Assembly (NCBI GenBank): GCA_963828735.1
Contig: CAWHFW010000005.1
Location: 1,408,001 to 1,472,000, forward strand
Source of the DNA: an uncultured Gemmatimonadales bacterium
Lineage (GTDB): Bacteria > Gemmatimonadota > Gemmatimonadetes > Gemmatimonadales > GWC2-71-9
Direction: 5' to 3'
DNA: 64,000 bases
This document shows, piece after piece, positions 60,867 through 64,000 of this stretch (within the stretch, counting starts at the first letter, position 1; every line of letters begins with the position of its first letter). Under the pieces are notes generated by a model. The model saw nothing but the letters and a program-made list of their open reading frames with translations. It searched no databases and was not told the DNA's origin. Both the position numbers and the translations under genes were made by a program.

Positions 60867-61876
60867 TGAAGGTGGCGATCCTGTACGATGCCGGCAGCGA
60901 CGAGTGGAGCCCGCAGGACGTGGCGGCGGTCGTGGGCAACGTCCACGAGGTGCGCGACGTCCTCCGGCGCCGGGGGCACGAGGTCGAGCTGCTTCCCGTC
61001 CGCCTGGGCGACTTCCGCTGGCTGAGCCGGATTCGCCGTGTCGATCTGGTGTTCAACCTGTGCGAGGGCATCAACGGGCACGCCCGGTACGAGGAGATGG
61101 TGGTCGGCACGCTCGAGCTGGCCGGCGTACCGTTCACCGGCTGCCGGACGTGGCCCACCACCGTCTGTCACCGCAAGCACATCGCCAACACCCTCCTGTC
61201 GGCGGCCGGCCTTCCGGTGCCCGCCTTCATGCTGGCCCAGGCCAACAAGACGCCGGCGGAGTTTCCGCTCCCGGCCATCGTGAAGCCCTCCGCGGAGGAC
61301 GCGAGCGTCGGCATCGACAATGGGGCCGTCTGCACCTCGAAGCGCGCGCTCAAGAAGCGCGTGGCCCTCATGCTCGAGCAGTTCGAGGAGGTGCTGGTCC
61401 AGGAGTACGTGGCCGGCCGGGAGTTCAACGTCGGCTTCGTCGGCAAGCGGATGCTTCCGGTCGCCGAGATTCGCTTCGACGGCATGCCGGACGGGTCATG
61501 GCCCATCGTGGGCTACGCCGCCAAGTGGATTCCGGGGAGCCCCGAGGACGAGGGGACCCAGCCCGTGTGTCCCGCCGAGGTCCCGGCCGATCTGGCCAAA
61601 CGGCTCTGCGAAGTGGCGCGCGAGGCCTGGTTGCACATGTCGGGTGGCGAGGGCTACGGTCGAGTGGACCTCCGGGTCAACGGCGATGGGCAGCCCTACG
61701 TGCTCGAGGTAAACCCCTGTCCCGATCTCTCGAGCAACGCCGGCCTGGCCCGGATGGGCCGCGCGTTCGGCTGGAGCTACGACGACCTCGTCATGCAGAT
61801 CGTGGACGAGGCCCTCACGCGCTCGCAGAGCCACCGCGCGGCCGCCGCCCTCGTCAGCGGGGTGTCCGCCGCGTGA
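60866..61876 (+). CDS. D-Ala-D-Ala ligase-like ATP-grasp enzyme 2 (non-canonical)
   Basis: FNLCEG, IVKPSAEDASVGI, REFNV, VGYAAKW, GRVDLR, EVNPCP. TAATG overlap. Confidence 0.88.
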   Translation: MKVAILYDAGSDEWSPQDVAAVVGNVHEVRDVLRRRGHEVELLPVRLGDFRWLSRIRRVDLVFNLCEGINGHARYEEMVVGTLELAGVPFTGCRTWPTTVCHRKHIANTLLSAAGLPVPAFMLAQANKTPAEFPLPAIVKPSAEDASVGIDNGAVCTSKRALKKRVALMLEQFEEVLVQEYVAGREFNVGFVGKRMLPVAEIRFDGMPDGSWPIVGYAAKWIPGSPEDEGTQPVCPAEVPADLAKRLCEVAREAWLHMSGGEGYGRVDLRVNGDGQPYVLEVNPCPDLSSNAGLARMGRAFGWSYDDLVMQIVDEALTRSQSHRAAAALVSGVSAA

Positions 61877-62370
61877 GCGGCACGCTCACCCTGACCTCCC
61901 TCCGAAACCTCACCGCGGCCGACCGCGGCCGCATCGAGGGAATCAGCCGTGCGGTGGAGCTCTTCCGCGAGGACGAGATTCCTGTCGCCCTCGAAGTCTT
62001 CGACGGCGCCGTCGCCGGCTCGCCCGACTACATCGCCCTCGGCGCCGAGCACGACGGCGCGCTCGCCGGCTGGATCTGCTGGGGCCCCACTCCCTGTACC
62101 GTTGGCACTTACGATCTCTACTGGATGGCGGTGGATCCCGCGCTGCACGGCGCCGGGATCGGCACCGCCCTCCTCACAGCCATGGAGCGCCGTCTGGACG
62201 GGATCGCCCGACTCATCGTCGTGGAGACCGCAGGCCGGCCCGAGTACGCCGGCACACGCGCGTTCTACGAGGCGCGCGGATACCGAGCGGTGTCCCGGAT
62301 TCCCGATTTCTACGCCCCGGGCGACGATCAGGTGGTGTACGTGAAGGCCCCGGCGGCAGCACGGCGGTGA
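61873..62370 (+). CDS. GNAT family N-acetyltransferase
   Basis: YDLYWMAVDPALHGAGIGTALL (acetyl-CoA motif A), RAFYEARGY. GTGA overlap. Confidence 0.88.
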   Translation: MSGTLTLTSLRNLTAADRGRIEGISRAVELFREDEIPVALEVFDGAVAGSPDYIALGAEHDGALAGWICWGPTPCTVGTYDLYWMAVDPALHGAGIGTALLTAMERRLDGIARLIVVETAGRPEYAGTRAFYEARGYRAVSRIPDFYAPGDDQVVYVKAPAAARR

Positions 62371-62406
62371 CGGTCCGCGATCTCCGCAAGGAGGATGGGT
62401 AGCGAT

Positions 62407-63522
62407 ATGGAAACGTGGCAAGAAGTCCTGAAGAGCAACTCGATCCGGTCGCTCGACCTGCTCGCGGCCAAGTTCGGTCCCGAGCATTTCCCCGATCTCG
62501 ATCGCCTGCGCCTAGCAGCCGAGAACTTCGAGTTCCGTATCTCGCCGGCCATGGTGGATCTCATCAAGTCGCCGGACGACCCGATCTGGCGCCAGTACAT
62601 CCCCACGGTCGAGGAGCTGGACATCAGGGACGGCATCGTGGACTCGCTCAACGAGGACGCGGACAGTCCGGTGCCGAACATCACCCATCGCTACCCCGAC
62701 CGGGCACTCTTCCTCGTTTCCCCGGTGTGCGCGAGCTATTGTCGCTTCTGCACCCGCCGGCGCAAGGTGGGTGACCCCGAGAAGATCCCGATGTCGCAGT
62801 TCGAGAGCGCCTTCCAGTACCTCGAGCAGCACACGGAGATCCGTGACGTCATCATGAGCGGCGGCGATCCACTGCTCCTCAACGACCGACGTCTCGAGGC
62901 CATCCTGACCCGGCTCCGGGCCATTCCGCACCTCCAGATCATCCGGATCGGGAGCCGGGTACCCTGCCATCTGCCGGAGCGGATCACGCCCGAGCTCACG
63001 ACGATGCTCAAGCGCTTTCATCCGCTGTTCATCAACACGCACTTCAACCATCCGGACGAGCTCACCCCGGCCGCGGTCGCGGGCCTGGGCCGCCTGGCCG
63101 ACGCGGGCATTCCGCTCGGGTGCCAGACGGTGCTGCTCAAGGGCGTGAATGACGATCCGGCGGTCATGAAGGAGCTGATGCAGCGGCTGCTCATGGCGCG
63201 GGTCCGGCCGTACTACATCTACATGGCCGATCAGGTGGCCGGCGCCGAGCATTTCCGGACCACCGTACAGACGGGTATCCGGATCATGGAGGCGCTCCGC
63301 GGCTGGACCAGCGGCCTCGCCAACCCGCATTTCGTCATCGACGCCCCGGGCGGCGGCGGCAAGATTCCGTTGCTCCCGGAGTATGTGATCAGCATGAGTG
63401 ACGAGGAGGTCGTGCTCCGGAACTTCCGGGGACAGCAGTATGTCTACCGCCAGCCCCGCGAAACGGGCGTGATCGAGCTCAAGAAGCCGAGGAAGCGCGC
63501 CGCGAAGCGTAGGTCGGCGTAG
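62407..63522 (+). CDS. kamA: KamA-family radical SAM/PLP enzyme, lysine 2,3-aminomutase (alternative start 62395)
   Basis: THRYPDR, CASYCRFCTRRR, SGGDPL, HFNHP.E, QTVLLKGVND, PYYIYMAD, DAPGGGGK (PLP Lys). Confidence 0.92.
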   Translation: METWQEVLKSNSIRSLDLLAAKFGPEHFPDLDRLRLAAENFEFRISPAMVDLIKSPDDPIWRQYIPTVEELDIRDGIVDSLNEDADSPVPNITHRYPDRALFLVSPVCASYCRFCTRRRKVGDPEKIPMSQFESAFQYLEQHTEIRDVIMSGGDPLLLNDRRLEAILTRLRAIPHLQIIRIGSRVPCHLPERITPELTTMLKRFHPLFINTHFNHPDELTPAAVAGLGRLADAGIPLGCQTVLLKGVNDDPAVMKELMQRLLMARVRPYYIYMADQVAGAEHFRTTVQTGIRIMEALRGWTSGLANPHFVIDAPGGGGKIPLLPEYVISMSDEEVVLRNFRGQQYVYRQPRETGVIELKKPRKRAAKRRSA

Positions 63523-63653
63523 GTAAATCGACGCGACGGCGAGGGCGGTCGGCGAAACAGCCGGCCGCCCTCGTCATTGGTGGCACGCTCCACCCTACCG
63601 ACCACCCTCCGCCGGTCTCATATTGGGAAACCCTCCCACCACCCGGATCGCAG

Positions 63654-64000
63654 ATGCCGTTCGAGTCGCGGCCGACCGCCCATCCGCAGCCGAAGGTCCA
63701 TGGCATTGCCCTCATGCTCGCCGCGGCGCTCGCCTGCGGCGGTGGGGACCGCCACGGCGGGAACTTCGTCAACATGTACGACAACGCGTTCAATGCCGCG
63801 GTCGTGCGGGTGCCGGTCGGCGTCCGGGTGAAGTGGATCAACGTGGGGAAGAACGTGCACAACGCCGTCGCGGCCGATGGCTCCTGGTCGACCGCCGGGA
63901 AGAACGGCCCCGACATGGCCCCTGGCGCCGAGCAGGACGTGATCTTCGCCAAGCCTGGTGTCTATCGCTACTACTGCAGCTACCACGGCACCCGCGACGG
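63654..64000 (+). CDS. Cupredoxin/plastocyanin-like lipoprotein, 3' truncated by window edge
   Basis: Frame open from ATG 63654 to the end; lipobox ALAC; V.W.N....HN, PGVYRYYCSYHG. Confidence 0.8.
   Translation, partial: MPFESRPTAHPQPKVHGIALMLAAALACGGGDRHGGNFVNMYDNAFNAAVVRVPVGVRVKWINVGKNVHNAVAADGSWSTAGKNGPDMAPGAEQDVIFAKPGVYRYYCSYHGTRD

Noticed and set aside
59760..61876. Housekeeping ddl or vancomycin-resistance ligases
   Set aside because: D-Ala-binding motifs are missing, no mur/fts or vanH/vanX genes are adjacent, and the genes are linked to kamA and a GNAT.
62407..63522. EpmB (EF-P modification) or glutamate 2,3-aminomutase
   Set aside because: DAPGGGGK and both lysine-binding Asp residues are KamA-type; no efp or epmA precedes it in the window.

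Overview
High-GC bacterial chromosomal segment, densely coding (about 60 CDS). I found no tRNA, rRNA, CRISPR array or transposase/integrase. Gene content and repeat style suggest Gemmatimonadota, which is an inference only. In order: (1) a polyamine uptake/catabolism region (patA, puuB-like oxidase, class III aminotransferase, gabT | potDABC-like ABC transporter, OmpA protein, saccharopine/carboxyspermidine dehydrogenase-like enzyme behind a structured leader, aldehyde dehydrogenase); (2) a NarL-type two-component system with hemH and hemA, where HemH looks animal-type with [2Fe-2S] ligands; (3) gyrA, a dehydratase, a diguanylate cyclase and a Ser/Thr kinase; (4) an ECF sigma/anti-sigma/HEAT-repeat/beta-propeller locus; (5) a histone-like protein, GH15, selD, a mini WYL-like gene fused in operon with an atypical rnhA, glgC, beta-oxidation genes and thyX; (6) a tightly coupled operon of two non-canonical Ddl-like ATP-grasp ligases, a GNAT and a lysine 2,3-aminomutase. 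Block 6 is the best candidate for an uncharacterised biosynthetic system (beta-lysine peptide or conjugate). A family of GGGGGCATG...CATGCCCCC palindromes recurs between genes. All family calls come from motif recognition by eye; no searches were run.
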